From the NCBI RefSeq assembly GCF_963921235.1, contig NC_086107.1:104100001-104164000 (forward strand): a stretch of DNA of 64,000 nucleotides, in the 5' to 3' direction. Each line of letters opens with the position of its first letter. Positions within the stretch are counted from its first letter, which is position 1. Positions 24,177-36,654 of the stretch are shown here, piece after piece. The translations under genes were made by a program, and so were the position numbers. Under the pieces are notes generated by a model, which saw only the letters and a list, made by a program, of their open reading frames with translations, was not told the origin of the DNA and did not search any database. The DNA is from Mobula hypostoma (taxonomy: Eukaryota).

Positions 24177-25147
24177 TAGTCATAGTCATAGTCATACTTT
24201 ATTGATCCCGGGGAAATTGGTTTTCGTTACAGTTGCACCATAAATAATAAATAGTAATAGAACCATAAATAGTTAAATAGTAATATGTAAATTATGCCAG
24301 TAAATTATGAAATAAATCCAGGACCAGCCTATTGGCTCAGGGTGTCTGACCCTCCAAGGGAGGAGTTGTAAAGTTTGATGGCCACAGGCAGGAATGACTT
24401 CCTATGACGCTCTGTGCTGCATCTCGGTGGAATGAGTCTCTGGCTGAATGTACTCCTGTGCCCAGCCGGTGCATTATGTAATGGATAGGAGACATTGACC
24501 AAGATGACATGCAACTTAGACAGCATCCTCCACCTTGTTACGAATGCTGCTTGCATCCACAATCATCTATGATTAGATTAGATTCAACTTTATTGTCATT
24601 GTGCTGAGTACAGATACAAAGCCAATGAGATGCAGTTAGCATCTGACCAGAAATGCAAAGAATAGTGTTATTTACAAAATAACTGTGAATTAGAAAGTAC
24701 TACAGCACACAAATATAAAAGCACTAAGACAGTACATGGATGCAATACTGCTTAGCGCTGTGATGAGAGGTTCAGCAGTGTCACAGCCTCAGGGAAGAAG
24801 CTCTTCCTGTGCCTGCTGGTGCGGGAGCGGAGGCTCCTGTAGCGCCTACCGGATGGGAGGAGAGTGAAAAGGGCAATGAATTCCACAGATTCACTACTCT
24901 CAGGCTGAAGGAATTCTTCCTCATCTCTGTTCTAAAGGGACATCCTTATGTTCTGGTCATAGAATTCCCCACTATAGGAAACATCCTCTCCACATCCACC
25001 CTGTCAGGGCCCTTCAACATTTAATTGGTTTCAATTCCATCCCCTGACCCCGCTATGGCTTCAGATGTCCTCAGGAGTTATGAAGGACAGATCTGAGTTC
25101 ACTTCTGCACAGCTACCCAGGCCATTGGATTCTGATGCAACCTTGTT

Positions 25148-27225
25148 CATAGAAACATAGAAACATAGAAAATAGGTGCAGGAGTAGGCCATTCGGCCCT
25201 TCGAGCCTACACTGCCATTTATTATGATCATGGCTGATCCTCCAACTCAGAACCCCACTCCAGCCTTCCCTCCATACCCCCTGACCCCCGTAGCCACAAG
25301 GGCCATATCTAACTCCCTCTTAAATATAGCCAATGAACTGGCCTCGACTGTTTCCTGTGGCAGAGAATTCCACAGATTCTCCACTCTCTGTGTGAAGAAG
25401 TTTTTCCTAATCTCGGTCCTAAAAGGCTTCCCCTCTATCCTCAAACTGTGGCCCCTCGTTCTGGACTTCCCCAACATCGGGAACAATCTTCCTGCATCTA
25501 GCCTGTCCAATCCTTTTAGGATCTTATACGTTTCAATCAGATCCCCCCTCAATCTCCTAAATTCCAACGAGTACAAGCCCAGTTCATCCAGTCTTTCTTC
25601 ATATGAAAGTCCTGCCATCCCAGGAATCAATCTGGTGAACCTTCTTTGTACTCCCTCTATGGCAAGGATGTCTTTCCTCAGATTAGGGGACCAAAACTGC
25701 ACACAATACTCCAGATGTGGTCTCACCAAGGCCTTGTACAACTGCAGTAGTACCTCCCTGCTCCTGTACTCGAATCCTCTCGCTATAAATGCCAGCATAC
25801 CGTTCGCCTTTTTCACCGCCTGCTGTACCTGCATGCCCACTTTCAATGACTGGTGTATAACGACACCCAGGTCTCGTTGCACCTCCCCTTTTCCTAATCG
25901 GCCACCATTCAGATAATAATCTGTTTTCCTATTTTTGCCACCAAAGTGGATAACTTCACATTTATCCACATTAAATTGCATCTGCCATGAATTTGCCCAC
26001 TCACCCAACCTTTCCAAGTCACCCTGCATCCTCTTAGCATCCTCCTCACAGCTAACACTGCCACCCAGCTTCGTGTCATCCGCAAACTTGGAGATGCTGC
26101 ATTTAATTCCCTCATCCAAGTCATTAATATATATTGTAAAGAACTGGGGTCCCAGCACTGAGCCTTGCGGTACCCCACTAGTCACCGCCTGCCATTCTGA
26201 AAAGGTCCCGTTTATTCCCACTCTTTGCTTCCTGTCTGCTAACCAATTCTCCAACCACACCAATACCTTACCCCCAATACTGTGTGCTTTAAGTTTGCAC
26301 ACTAATCTCCTTTGTGGGACCTTGTCAAAAGCCTTTTGAAAATCCAAATATACCACATCCACTGGTTCTCCCTTATCCACTCTACTAGTTACATCCTCAA
26401 AAAATTCTATGAGATTTGTCAGACATGATTTTCCTTTCACAAATCCATGCTGACTTTGTCCGATCATTTCACCGCTTTCCAAATGTGCTGTTATCACATC
26501 CTTGATAACCGACTCCAGCAGTTTCCCCACCACCGATGTTAGGCTAACCGGTCTATAATTCCCCGGTTTCTCTCTCCCTCCTTTTTTAAAAAGTGGAGTT
26601 ACATTAGCCACCCTCCAATCCTCAGGAACTACTCCAGAATCTAACGAGTTTTGAAAAATTATCACTAATGCATCCACTATTTCTTGGGCTACTTCCTTAA
26701 GCACTCTAGGATGCAGACCATCTGGCCCTGGTGATTTATCTGCCTTCAATCCCTTCAATTTACCTAACACCTCTTCCCTACTAACATGTATTTCGCTCAG
26801 TTCCTCCATCTCACTGGACCCTCTGTCCCCTACTATTTCTGGAAGATTATTTATGTCCTCCTTAGTGAAGACAGAACCAAAGTAATTATTCAATTGGTCT
26901 GCCATGTCCTTGCTCCCCATAATCAATTCACCTGTTTCTGTCTGCAGGGGACCTACATTTGTCTTTACCAGTCTTTTCCTTTTTACATATCTATGAAAGC
27001 TTTTACAGTCCGTTTTTATGTTCCCTGCTAGTTTTCTCTCATAATCTTTTTTCCCCTTCCTAATTAAGCCCTTTGTCCTCCTCTGCTGAACTCTGAATTT
27101 CTCCCAGTCCTCAGGTGAGCCACTTTCTCTGGCTAATTTGTATGCTTCTTCTTTGGAATTGATACTATCCCTAATTTCTCTTGTCAGCCACGGGTGCACT
27201 ACCTTCCTTGATTTATTCTTTTGCC
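25148..27225 (-). mobile_element. Young CR1 LINE, 5'-truncated, uninterrupted 650-aa RT ORF
   Basis: ORF 25247-27199 has all RT motifs including FADD; (catagaaa)n tail on the + strand at about 25148. Confidence 0.97.
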
Positions 27226-27594
27226 TCTTAGAGATGTTTGATTAATAAAATACCTTTGACCACAAGTCCATCAGGCAGTGGTGTCAAAGTCTGCTGACCC
27301 ACCGACCTGCAGGTCCTTTAGAAGGACATAGTACTTCCTTCAAGATGGCTTCCTGAGCAGACTGTCGGAGTCATTTGGCAGACAGCCTCACCACCGCGAG
27401 GCTCAAATGTGCACAAAGGCCCGAGATGGGTGGTGATGAGGGGCCCCTCCCTCCGCACAACGCACATGGCCGCAAAGTGACTGCAGGGCAGATTGACCAC
27501 AGATTCTTGTGGTCTCTGTTCTTACCAAGGTTGGTACAGTAGGCTTTGATTAATTTGGTCCTAAGCTGCTACGTAACACAGGACTCAATTATTG

Positions 27595-27795
27595 ATGCTC
27601 TATTCCCAGGGAAACAGGCTGAGATAGATATTAATCATTGCTGAAAGATAATCAGTTATTGATCATCAGATATTGATGATTTGTTCCTGGGGAAACAGAC
27701 TGAGATAAATATTAATCACTGCTGAAAGACAATCGGTTATTGATCAGTTATTGATGATTTGTTCCCGGGGAAACAGACTGTGATAGATATTGAAA
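27595..27795. repeat. About 80-bp tandem repeat, about 2.5 copies
   Basis: gggaaacag(g/a)ctgagata(g/a)atatt...ttattgat recurs at about 27608, 27690 and 27768. Confidence 0.8.
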
Positions 27796-30549
27796 AGGAT
27801 ATCAAAAGGATATTGGTCTCCCTGAAGTTCAGCTGTGACCTGTCCTTTTCATAGAAGAGATCTATCTCAATGATCCACGAATCTGAAATCTTTCTCCCTA
27901 CACCAATTCTTCAGCCACACATTTATCTGCCAAATCATCCTATTTTTACCCTCACTGGTCTAAAGATTGGTGGTTGAAGTTAATATTTTGCTATACACAC
28001 TGAATCCAGAATATGCTCTAACAGCGTGTATGACAAATATCTCCCTTTACCATTATTTTTCCAACAGTCTGTTAATTGGAAATAGGGATTTAGGAAGGTC
28101 TGCTCTGAGATTCAGTGCAAAGTGTAACATATTGATAAAGCCTGAACAAGTGACAAGAAATGCAACTGCTCCATCGGTCCACTGGTGCACGCTGATGATC
28201 AACCATTTCATTTCCTCCACAATCCCATCGACTCACCCAAGATTCTACCACTTACCCACACGCTAGGAACAATCTGCTATTAATTTGCCAATCTACACAT
28301 CTTTTCAGATGTGGGAGGAGACCCAGGGGGGCTCGTATCGAACGATACTTGAACTGCTGCTACTATGGCTGGAGAACAGGGAGGTAAACTCCCAAACGGC
28401 GAGGCTCCACTATCAGCGAGAGCCAGCGCACTGGAGGAAACAGGCACAATCGCAGGGAAGACATGCAAACTCTGGATGGACAGAAGCCGAGATTAGATTA
28501 GATTATGAGAACACTCAGTCCTCTTTTCATTGTCATTTAGAAATGCATACATGCATTAAGAAAGATACCATGTTTCTCTGGAGTGATATCACAGAAAACG
28601 GGACAAACCAAAGACTAACACTGACAGAACCACATAATTATAACATATAGTTACAGCAGTGCAAAGCAATACCACAATTTCAAGGGTCAGAGCCAGTTTA
28701 CTGCAGACCCAAGGCAGCAGCTCCACTGACTGAACCACCCCGTCTCGAATTATTTCAAGGAAATTGGTAATTATAACTTATCTAAACAATATACCAAATG
28801 GATTCATGTTTCCATAGAAAAGTTATGTTATCTCTTGACATAAAAAACATGAAGTAATCTGTTATTGAGAAACAGAGAGGAAGGGAAGCCAAGATATCAC
28901 TTGTTTACCGAATCCCTTATTTGCCTAAAACAATTGTGTGCTTTGTTAAACAGGGATAGGAGGAGTGTTGAAGGTATCGAGGAAGTTATGTGCACAGGAA
29001 GGGTTACTAATACAGATCTAGACAACATTGTGAAATGCATCTTGGTAGATAAGTGTTTGTCTGATTTGCTATCTCATTGACACTGATTAGTACTACTGTT
29101 ATTAGTATGCCTCTGAGCGAGGGGCGCATAGAATTAATATGCATGAAAGTCACAAAAATAGAAAAATATTGAATTTCCTAACTGCAGGCTGCATGCAAAG
29201 GTACCAGACAGGGAAGGGGGGAAAAAAGGGGAATAGCCTAGACATGTATTGAGGAGCTTACTGGTAATAATCTCATGGAAGTGGAAAAATACACATCTTT
29301 AAAGTTAACATTGGGTCAGCTAATCATATTAAATACAGAGTTTGCTCTCCAAAAGTGATAAGATAGATGTACTTTTACAGGATGTAGGAGGGAGATTCAT
29401 AATTTCAGGGTGGTTTATATTGAAGGGTGCATGAAATGTCATTTCTATGGTAGGAGAGCACAGAAGGAAAATCCCCACCAGTGAGGCTCCACGATCAGCA
29501 AGTCGAGTTGGGAGGGGGAAGTTTGCCAATCCACCAGGGAAACCTCCTTTTCTTCAAAAAAATGAGACAGGAAAATATTGGTCCAAATGACGGTGCCTTG
29601 GTTTGATTCTTTCTTTAAGGGACAGATTTCCAGCAATGCATTGTTGCAGGGTCATCCCACACCAGGCCATTAAAACCAATCAGGATTAAAACGTTAGTTA
29701 AGCATCCAAACTAACGTGGAAGAGTGACAGGCCCTTCGGCCCAACGGCTCCATGCTGACCATCGTCCCATCAGCCATTTCTACTAAGACCACTCGCCACA
29801 CTTGATCGGTCCCCTTCTCCACGTCGAGGCTGGGCGGCGTGGTAACACAGTCGCTTTACAGCCCCGGCAATCACCGAAAGGGGTTCGATTCCCAGTGGGT
29901 TTCCTCCTACATCCCCTACATCCCATAAGCGTGCATTTAGGGCGAGTGAGTCATAGGCATGGCATATTGGTGTCAGGGGCGCAGCGACACTTGCTTGCTG
30001 CACCCCCCGGGTGCATTTGACTACTTCCCGATGTTTGGCAAATAAAGCTAATCTTTATTGGTTTAATCTTTAATGAAAGTGTTTGTCTGGATACTTCATA
30101 AGAAAGTCAACTTGAAGAGAAGGAATTGTTGTAATCTCATTTCTTCCCTTAGAGGCAGGGCAAGTTCTCCAGAACAAATGCGGGGAGTGGGAGTAACTGG
30201 CTGTATATTGGAGTTGGTCAAGACAGGTTTTGTTATCTTTTGTTATCTGAAGGCGAACAAACGTGGATGACTGTTACTACCCCAACAGTAAAGGAGGTAG
30301 TGAGGTCACGGTTGGTCTCTGCTGACAAGAGCTTGTTGGGACACCTACAGTGTTTAGATCGGCAGACCCATGGTTTCCAGCGAGTCCAGCAATCAGGTAC
30401 GTGAATTGTGTAGCCATGCTGCCCAACCACGAGGGTGACGGACCAAGTGTGGTGAAAGGGGTTAGCAGAAAGGGCTGATGGAAGGGGCCTGTTTCTATGC
30501 TACGTGACTCTCTGGCTTTTCCGCTATTAAATCCTTCACTAATGTTTTA

Positions 30550-32700
30550 ACCAATGTACACTAGCAGTATGCTGGCAGTTCGTGAGCATCAGGGGACAGA
30601 GGTGATTGAGGTTGCCATTACTAATGAGAAGGTGGTTAGGAAGCAGAAAGGTCTGAAGGTAGATAAATCACCTGGACCAGATGGTGTTCACCCCAGGGTT
30701 CAGAAAGAGGTGGCTGAAGAGATTGTGGAAGCTTTGGTAATGATCTTTCAAAAATCAATGGTTCCAGAGGACTGGAAAATTGCAAACGTCACTCCACTCT
30801 TCAGAAAGGGAGAGAGGCAGAAGAAAGGAGACTATAGGCCAGTTAGTCTGACCTCATTGGAGTCGATTGCTAAGGATGTGGTTTTAGGCTACCTGGAGGC
30901 ACATGATAAATATGCCAAAGTCAGCATAGCTCCCTTTAGGGAAAATCTTGCAAGTTAACCAAGTATGCAGAATTAAGATCAGAGTGCAGAGACAGAGGGT
31001 GGAAGGTCTCATGCTATCCATTCGAAGTAGGCTGCTGTGGGTTTATTGCGTTCACTTTCCAAAAGCGGCTGCGTGACCTTGGCTTCACTAGAAGAGAGAT
31101 CAAGTCAACCAGCAGGGCTGTAGCTGAGGCAGCAGAGACAGGATCAGCATGGGTGTGGACCAAGTATGTCCAGAGGGACAGATAGTCAAACAGTGTACAC
31201 ATATCTTGCAAACCCTTCAGTAGTTGCATAGACACCTGAAGAGCAGACTATCTGTTGGATGGAAGTGACCAACAACTCTGATAGAGGCAGATGCCAAGTT
31301 TTTAAGCTCACCAGTGGGAGGTGGTGCTTTAGCACTGCTGGCCCACCACCTCGAGGGAGTCTTGATCATAAGCGGACCGAAACTCCTGAAGACAGGTGAC
31401 AGATCAACTGATGATCCCACTGGTGATAGCACAGGACAGTTAACATCTTAGTCCACGTGTGTTCTGTAACTCTGCCTGACAAATCTGTTGGAATTCTTTG
31501 AAGAAATAACACACATGATAGACAAAGGAGAATCAGTGGATGTTGTGTACTTGGATTTTCAGAAGGCCTTTGACAAGGTGCCACCAATGAGACTGCTTAA
31601 CAAGTTAAGAGCTCGTGGCATTAGAGGAAAGATACCAATGTGGATAGAAGATTGGCTGATTGGCAGGTGGCAAAGAGTGGGAATAAAGGGAGCCTTTTCT
31701 GGTTGGCTGCCAGTGACTAGTGGAGTTCCACAGGGATCTGTGTTGGGGATGGCTTCCTTTTACGTCAAATGTTACTAATCTGGCTGATGGAATTGATGGC
31801 TTTGTGGCCACGTTTGCGGATGATGCAAAGATAGGTGGAAGGGCAGGCAGTGTTGAGGATTCAGAGAGACCAGGGGAAGAACCTAGACAGAGTAGGAGAA
31901 CGAGCAAATGGAAAACAATGCTGGGAAGTGTATGATTATGCACAGTGACAGAAGAAATAAAAGGGTAGACTATTTCCTAAATGGAAAGAAAATTCAAATA
32001 TCTGAGGTGCAGAGGGGCTTGGGAGTCCTCTTGCAGGATTCTCTAAAGGTTAACTTGCGGGTTGAGCTGGTGGTGAGGAAGGCAAGTGCAATGTTAGCAT
32101 TCATTTCGAGAGGACTAGAATATAAAAGCCAGGGTGTAATGTTGAGGCCTCAGTTGGTGTACTGTGAGATGGTTTGGATCCCTTATCTGAGAAAGGATGT
32201 GCTGACATTGGAGAGGTTTCAAAGGAGGTTCACAAAAATTATTCTGAGATTGAAAGGCTTATCATATGGAGAGCGATTGATGTCTCTGGGCCTCTACTCA
32301 CTGGAATTCAGAAGAATGAGGGGCGACTTCATTGAAACCTGTCAAATGTTGAAAGACCTTGATAGGGTGGATGTGGAGAGAATGTTTCCTTCGGTGGGAG
32401 AGTCTAAGACCAGGGAACACAGCTTCAGAATAGAGGGACCTCCATTTGGAACGGAGATGAGGAGGGATTTCTTCAGCCAGAGAGTGGTGAATCTGTGGAA
32501 TTCGTTGCCACAGGCAGCTGTGGAGGCCACGTCACTGGGAACATTTAAGGCAGAGGTTGATAGATTCTTGATTAGTCGGAGCATGAAAGGATACGGGGAG
32601 AACGCAGGAGATTAGGGCTGAGAGGGAAATGGATCAGGCATGATGAAATAGCAGAGCAGACTCGATGGGCCAAATGGCTTAATTCTGTTTCTATGAACAT
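30550..32700 (+). mobile_element. Older CR1 LINE, interrupted by a Hero-like insert
   Basis: KSPGPDG (30554-30950); resumes at 31471 with CLTNLLEFFEE...KAFDKV...FADD and the C-terminal domain. Confidence 0.9.
30952..31470 (+). mobile_element. Hero/R2-type (RLE endonuclease) non-LTR retrotransposon 3' end
   Basis: 30952-31185 translates KLTKYAELRSECRDRGWKVSCYPFEVGCCGFIAFTFQKRLRDLGFTRREIKSTSRAVAEAAETGSAWVWTKYVQRDR*, which has the K..KY...GW....P.EVGC.GF RLE C-terminal signature; a 3' UTR follows. Confidence 0.8.
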
Positions 32701-33099
32701 TTATGGAGTCAGAAACACAAAGCACAGAAACAGGCCCTTCAGCCCACTAAACAACATTGACCAAGGTTTCCATCTGAGCTCGTCCCGTCGGCCTGCACTT
32801 GGCCCATATCCCCCTGATGCTTTCCTATCCATGTTCCAGTCCAAGGATCTTTTATTAACGGACCTGCCTAAACGATATACTGGCCACACCCTGACTCCTC
32901 AGGTTCACATTAAATCTCTCCCCTCTCACCTTAAACCCTTAACGCCCTAGTTCTTGAATCCTGACCTCATGCACATTCATCTCACCTCTGCCCCTCATGA
33001 TTTCATACACTTCTATAAGATCATTCCTCATTCTGCCGTGCTCATAGCCTCTCTCTATAGCACACCACTTCGGGAGACATTATGGACTAGCTCTGAGCA

Positions 33100-33620
33100 G
33101 ACTGGAACTCACCGCAGGTGAGCTGGAAAGACCTCAGACAGCCCGGGACGCTCAGTGCAAACCATACGGTCTTTACTCACCAACTACCATCACTTCCTGC
33201 TCAGACGTTATTGCAGGAGACGTTATTGAAAGGCAGTGATTGGATGAAGCTGTTCTCCCAATGACCAATGAACTGGCAGGGTGTGGGCCCGCCTCTTAAA
33301 ACCACTTAAGAGGCAGTGCTCACTAGGCAGAGTCACACAGTACACAAGCAGGCCCTTCGGCCCATTGTGCCTGTGCTATGAAAAGCTCTCTATATTCATC
33401 AGCATTTGGTCTCGTCCAGTCCTGAGAAGATTTGCCCCATCTTAGATTCAGTTCACTTACAAAATGCTGTGGAGGGAGGGGGGGGGTTTGCCAGTCTGAT
33501 TGACAGGAGAATTGCCCTATCAGGTCCACTCTAATCCCCATTCGCTGCCCTCGATTGGCTGAGTGATTGAATTTACGCGTCCTAGCTGTCCGTTAGGGTT
33601 TCCGAATCCCGATAGCCTAG
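33100..33620. promoter_or_regulatory. Promoter-like cluster (CCAAT boxes, GC box, ETS-like site)
   Basis: GATTGG 33238-33243, CCAAT 33258-33262 and 33265-33269, CCCGCC 33288-33293, ACTTCCT near 33192, GATTGG 33553-33558, several CpGs, and a minus-strand gtgagt donor at 33180. Confidence 0.35.
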
Positions 33621-33954
33621 TATACGCCAGGAATTTTAAAAAGTGACATGTAGCCAGGCAGTTCCAAACAGGTAACACTTGTAGCAGTGAAGTTAGATGC
33701 AATAACAAACACAACATGTTAGAGGAACTCAGAGTGGCCCACGTGCAGTGACCCTTGACCCGAGGTGTGGCACCACGGATACAGCAGCTCTGTCTCTGGA
33801 GGCTGAGTTGCGGCTCCTGGTGGTGCAGAGTATGGTGTCTCACATTATTCCCTCTTCCCCATGGTTAATGAAGTGAAACAGAGCGCAGAGCCACGGCAAA
33901 GATTGCAACGTCAGAAAGGGCTGGGGGCGGTGAAACCGTCAATAAGAGAGACAC

Positions 33955-34829
33955 TCACAATGCGCTGGAGGAACTCAGCAGATCAGTCAGCATCAGTTGA
34001 AAAGATTAGTCGACGTTTCGGGCCGAAACCCTTCGTCAGGACTGAAGGAAGAGCTTTCCGCAGGGATCGATCCCTCCACGACTCACTTATCCGCACGTCC
34101 ATCCCCACGGATCTCCCACCCGGCACTTATCCCTGTAAGCGTAAGTGCTACACCTATCCCTACACCTCCTCTCTTGCCACCATTCAGGGCCCCAAACAGT
34201 CCTTCCAAGTGAGGCAACACTTCACTTGTGAGTCTGTTGGGGTCATCTATTGCATCCGGTGCTCCCAGTGCGGCCTCCTCTACATCGGTGAAACCCGACG
34301 CAGATTGGGGGACCGCTTCGTCGAGCACCTCCGCTCCGTCCGCCACAACAGATAGGATCTCCCAGTAGCCACCCACTTCAACTCTGCTTCCCATTCCCAT
34401 TCAGATATGTCCATACTTGGCCTCCTCTACTGCCATGATGAGGTTAAACTCAGGTTGGAGCAGCAACACCTCATATACCGTCGAGGTAGTCTCCAGCCCC
34501 TTGGTATGAACATAGAATTCTCCAACTTCCAGTAATTCCCTCCCCCTCCCTTCCTCTATCCCTATTTCACATCACCTCCCTCATAGTTCTGCCTCCTTCT
34601 ACTACTGCGCATTGTTCTCCCCCACCCCTTTGTCTTTCAAATTACTGCTTTTTTCAACTACCAGCATTCTTCAAACCCTCCCCAAAGTTCTTCCTTCAGT
34701 CCTGACGAAGGGTTTCAGCCCGAAATGTCGACTAATCTTTTCAACTGATGCTGACTGACCTGCTGAGTTCCTCCAGCGCATTGTGAGTGTTCCTTTGACA
34801 ACAGCATCTGCAGATTTTTGTTTGTTTTT
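33955..34829 (+). mobile_element. Penelope-like element (GIY-YIG end) with inverted terminal repeat and 14-bp TSD
   Basis: GVIYCIRCSQCGLLYIGETRRRLGDRFVEH; TSD aataagagagacac at 33941-33954 and 34830-34843; inverted repeat about 33951-34057 versus 34684-34790. Confidence 0.93.
34008..34043 (-). ncRNA. Minimal type I hammerhead ribozyme in PLE terminal repeat (partner copy 34698-34733, + strand)
   Basis: Reverse complement reads AGTC-CTGACGA-AGGGTTTCGGCCC-GAAA-CGTC^GACT. Confidence 0.75.
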
Positions 34830-35369
34830 AATAAGAGAGACACAGTCGCTCGTAATCTGGGGACGGTGGCTTCAGTCCCATCCTCTGCCTCAGTAAGGCT
34901 TGCTGAGTAGGGAGACAAGCCAGTCGACCCACCAAGTCTACACCAATCCCATCAACTCTCCGCATCACAACCCCGACCACGCGGCTACATACTAAACGGT
35001 CTTGCCCTGAAATGCCGACTGTTTATTCCCATCCACAGACGCTGCCTGGCCTGCTGAGCTCCTCCAGCACATCGTGTGTGCGTTGCTGTAGATTCCCAGC
35101 ATCTGCAGTCCCTCTCTGGTGTCTACATAGTAAAGACAATTAACGCGGACCTTCCGAATGTCGGAGGAAACCCATTCGGCCACAGGCTGACTGCACGAGA
35201 ACTCAGGTTTGAACCTTGGTCAACAGGCCTGTGAGCAACTCCTCTAGCTGCCCAGTTGTGTCACTCAGTTTATCTTTGGACATCTGACCTGATGCTCCTC
35301 TCTCTCAATCTTTCTCTGTCTTTTTTTCATCCAACAGTTTCCGTAACACAAACAAGCAGAGGGCGGTTA

Positions 35370-36340
35370 TTACACCACTTGGCTGAGTGTTGTCATAACA
35401 ACAACCTCTCACTCAATGTCAATAAGACCAAGAAACTGATTCCAGCCTTCAGCAGAGGGAGACCAGAGGTCCATGAGCCAGTGATCATCAGAGGATCAGA
35501 GGAGGAGAGGGTCAGTAACTTTAAATTCCTGGGTGCCAGTATCTCAGAGGAGCTGTCCTGGACCCATCATATAAACATTATTGCGAAGAAAGCACGACAG
35601 CACCTCTACTTCCTCAGGAGTCTGCAGAGGTTTGGCATGCCATCAAAAACCTTGGCAAACTTCTGTAAACACAAAATAATCTGCAGATGCCGGCGTCAAA
35701 GCAACACCCACAACACGCTGGAGGAACTCAGCAGGTCGGGCAGCATCTGTGGAAATGATCAGTCGACGTTTCGGGCTGGAACCCTTCGTCAAACTTCTGT
35801 AGGTGTATGGTGGAAAGTGTGCTGACTGGCCTGGTATGGGAACACCAATGCCTTTGAGCGGAAAATCCTCTAAAGGTAGTGAATTTGGTCCAGAACATCA
35901 CAGGTTAAATCGTCCCAGCCATTGAGCACATCTGCATGAAACATTGCCATAGGAAAGCAACAACCATCATCAAAGATCCTCACCACCCAGGCAAAACTCT
36001 CCTCTCGCTGCTGCCATCAGGAAGAAGGTACAGGAGCCTCAGGACTCACACCACCAGGTTCAAGAACAGCTACTACCCCTCAACCATCAGGCTCTTGAAC
36101 AAAAGGGGATAGCTACACTCGTTTAAGGACTCTGTTATACTGTTATTTCATCCTCGTTATTTTTTGCTAATTATTTATATGTGCATTTGCACACTTTGCT
36201 TGCAGTTAGCAGTTCCTGATGTTTACAGTTCATAGTTACTGTCCTATAGATTTGCTAAGTATGCCCGCAGAAAAAGAATCTCAGGGTTGTATGTGGTGAC
36301 GTGTATGTACTTCGATAATAAATTTTACTTTGAACTTTGA
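35370..36340 (+). mobile_element. Rex1/Babar-like LINE fragment with nested PLE-derived insert (35668-35789)
   Basis: NNLSLNVNKTK...FKFLG...KKARQHLYFLRSL; insert flanked by the duplication caaacttctgta at 35656-35667 and 35790-35801. Confidence 0.85.
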
Positions 36341-36654
36341 ACTCTGTCTTTCTCTTCCTCCTTCAATCTCCCTTTTTATTTCACACACCCACTCTCCCAT
36401 TCCCTCTCTCTACCCCTTTGGCAACATTCTTGCTCTTGTTGGGAGCCCCTGGGAGGGTTCACTCGGTTTAGTTGCCGTATTAATTTACACTTTTGTTATT
36501 ACTAATGGCAGAAGATCAGTCAGGGTTCCACATTGCTGCCTGTGTGGCAGGGACTCCGGCTCAGTCATGACCTCTGCTGCTGTTTGTGGGGAGTTTGCAC
36601 GTTCTGCCCTGTGTCCAAGCCACACACACACACCCACCATACACCATACACCGG

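Noticed and set aside
30289..30396. Plus-strand 108-nt exon-like segment (cag...gtacgt) with an open frame
   Set aside because: No recognisable product or partner exons, so it is consistent with chance.
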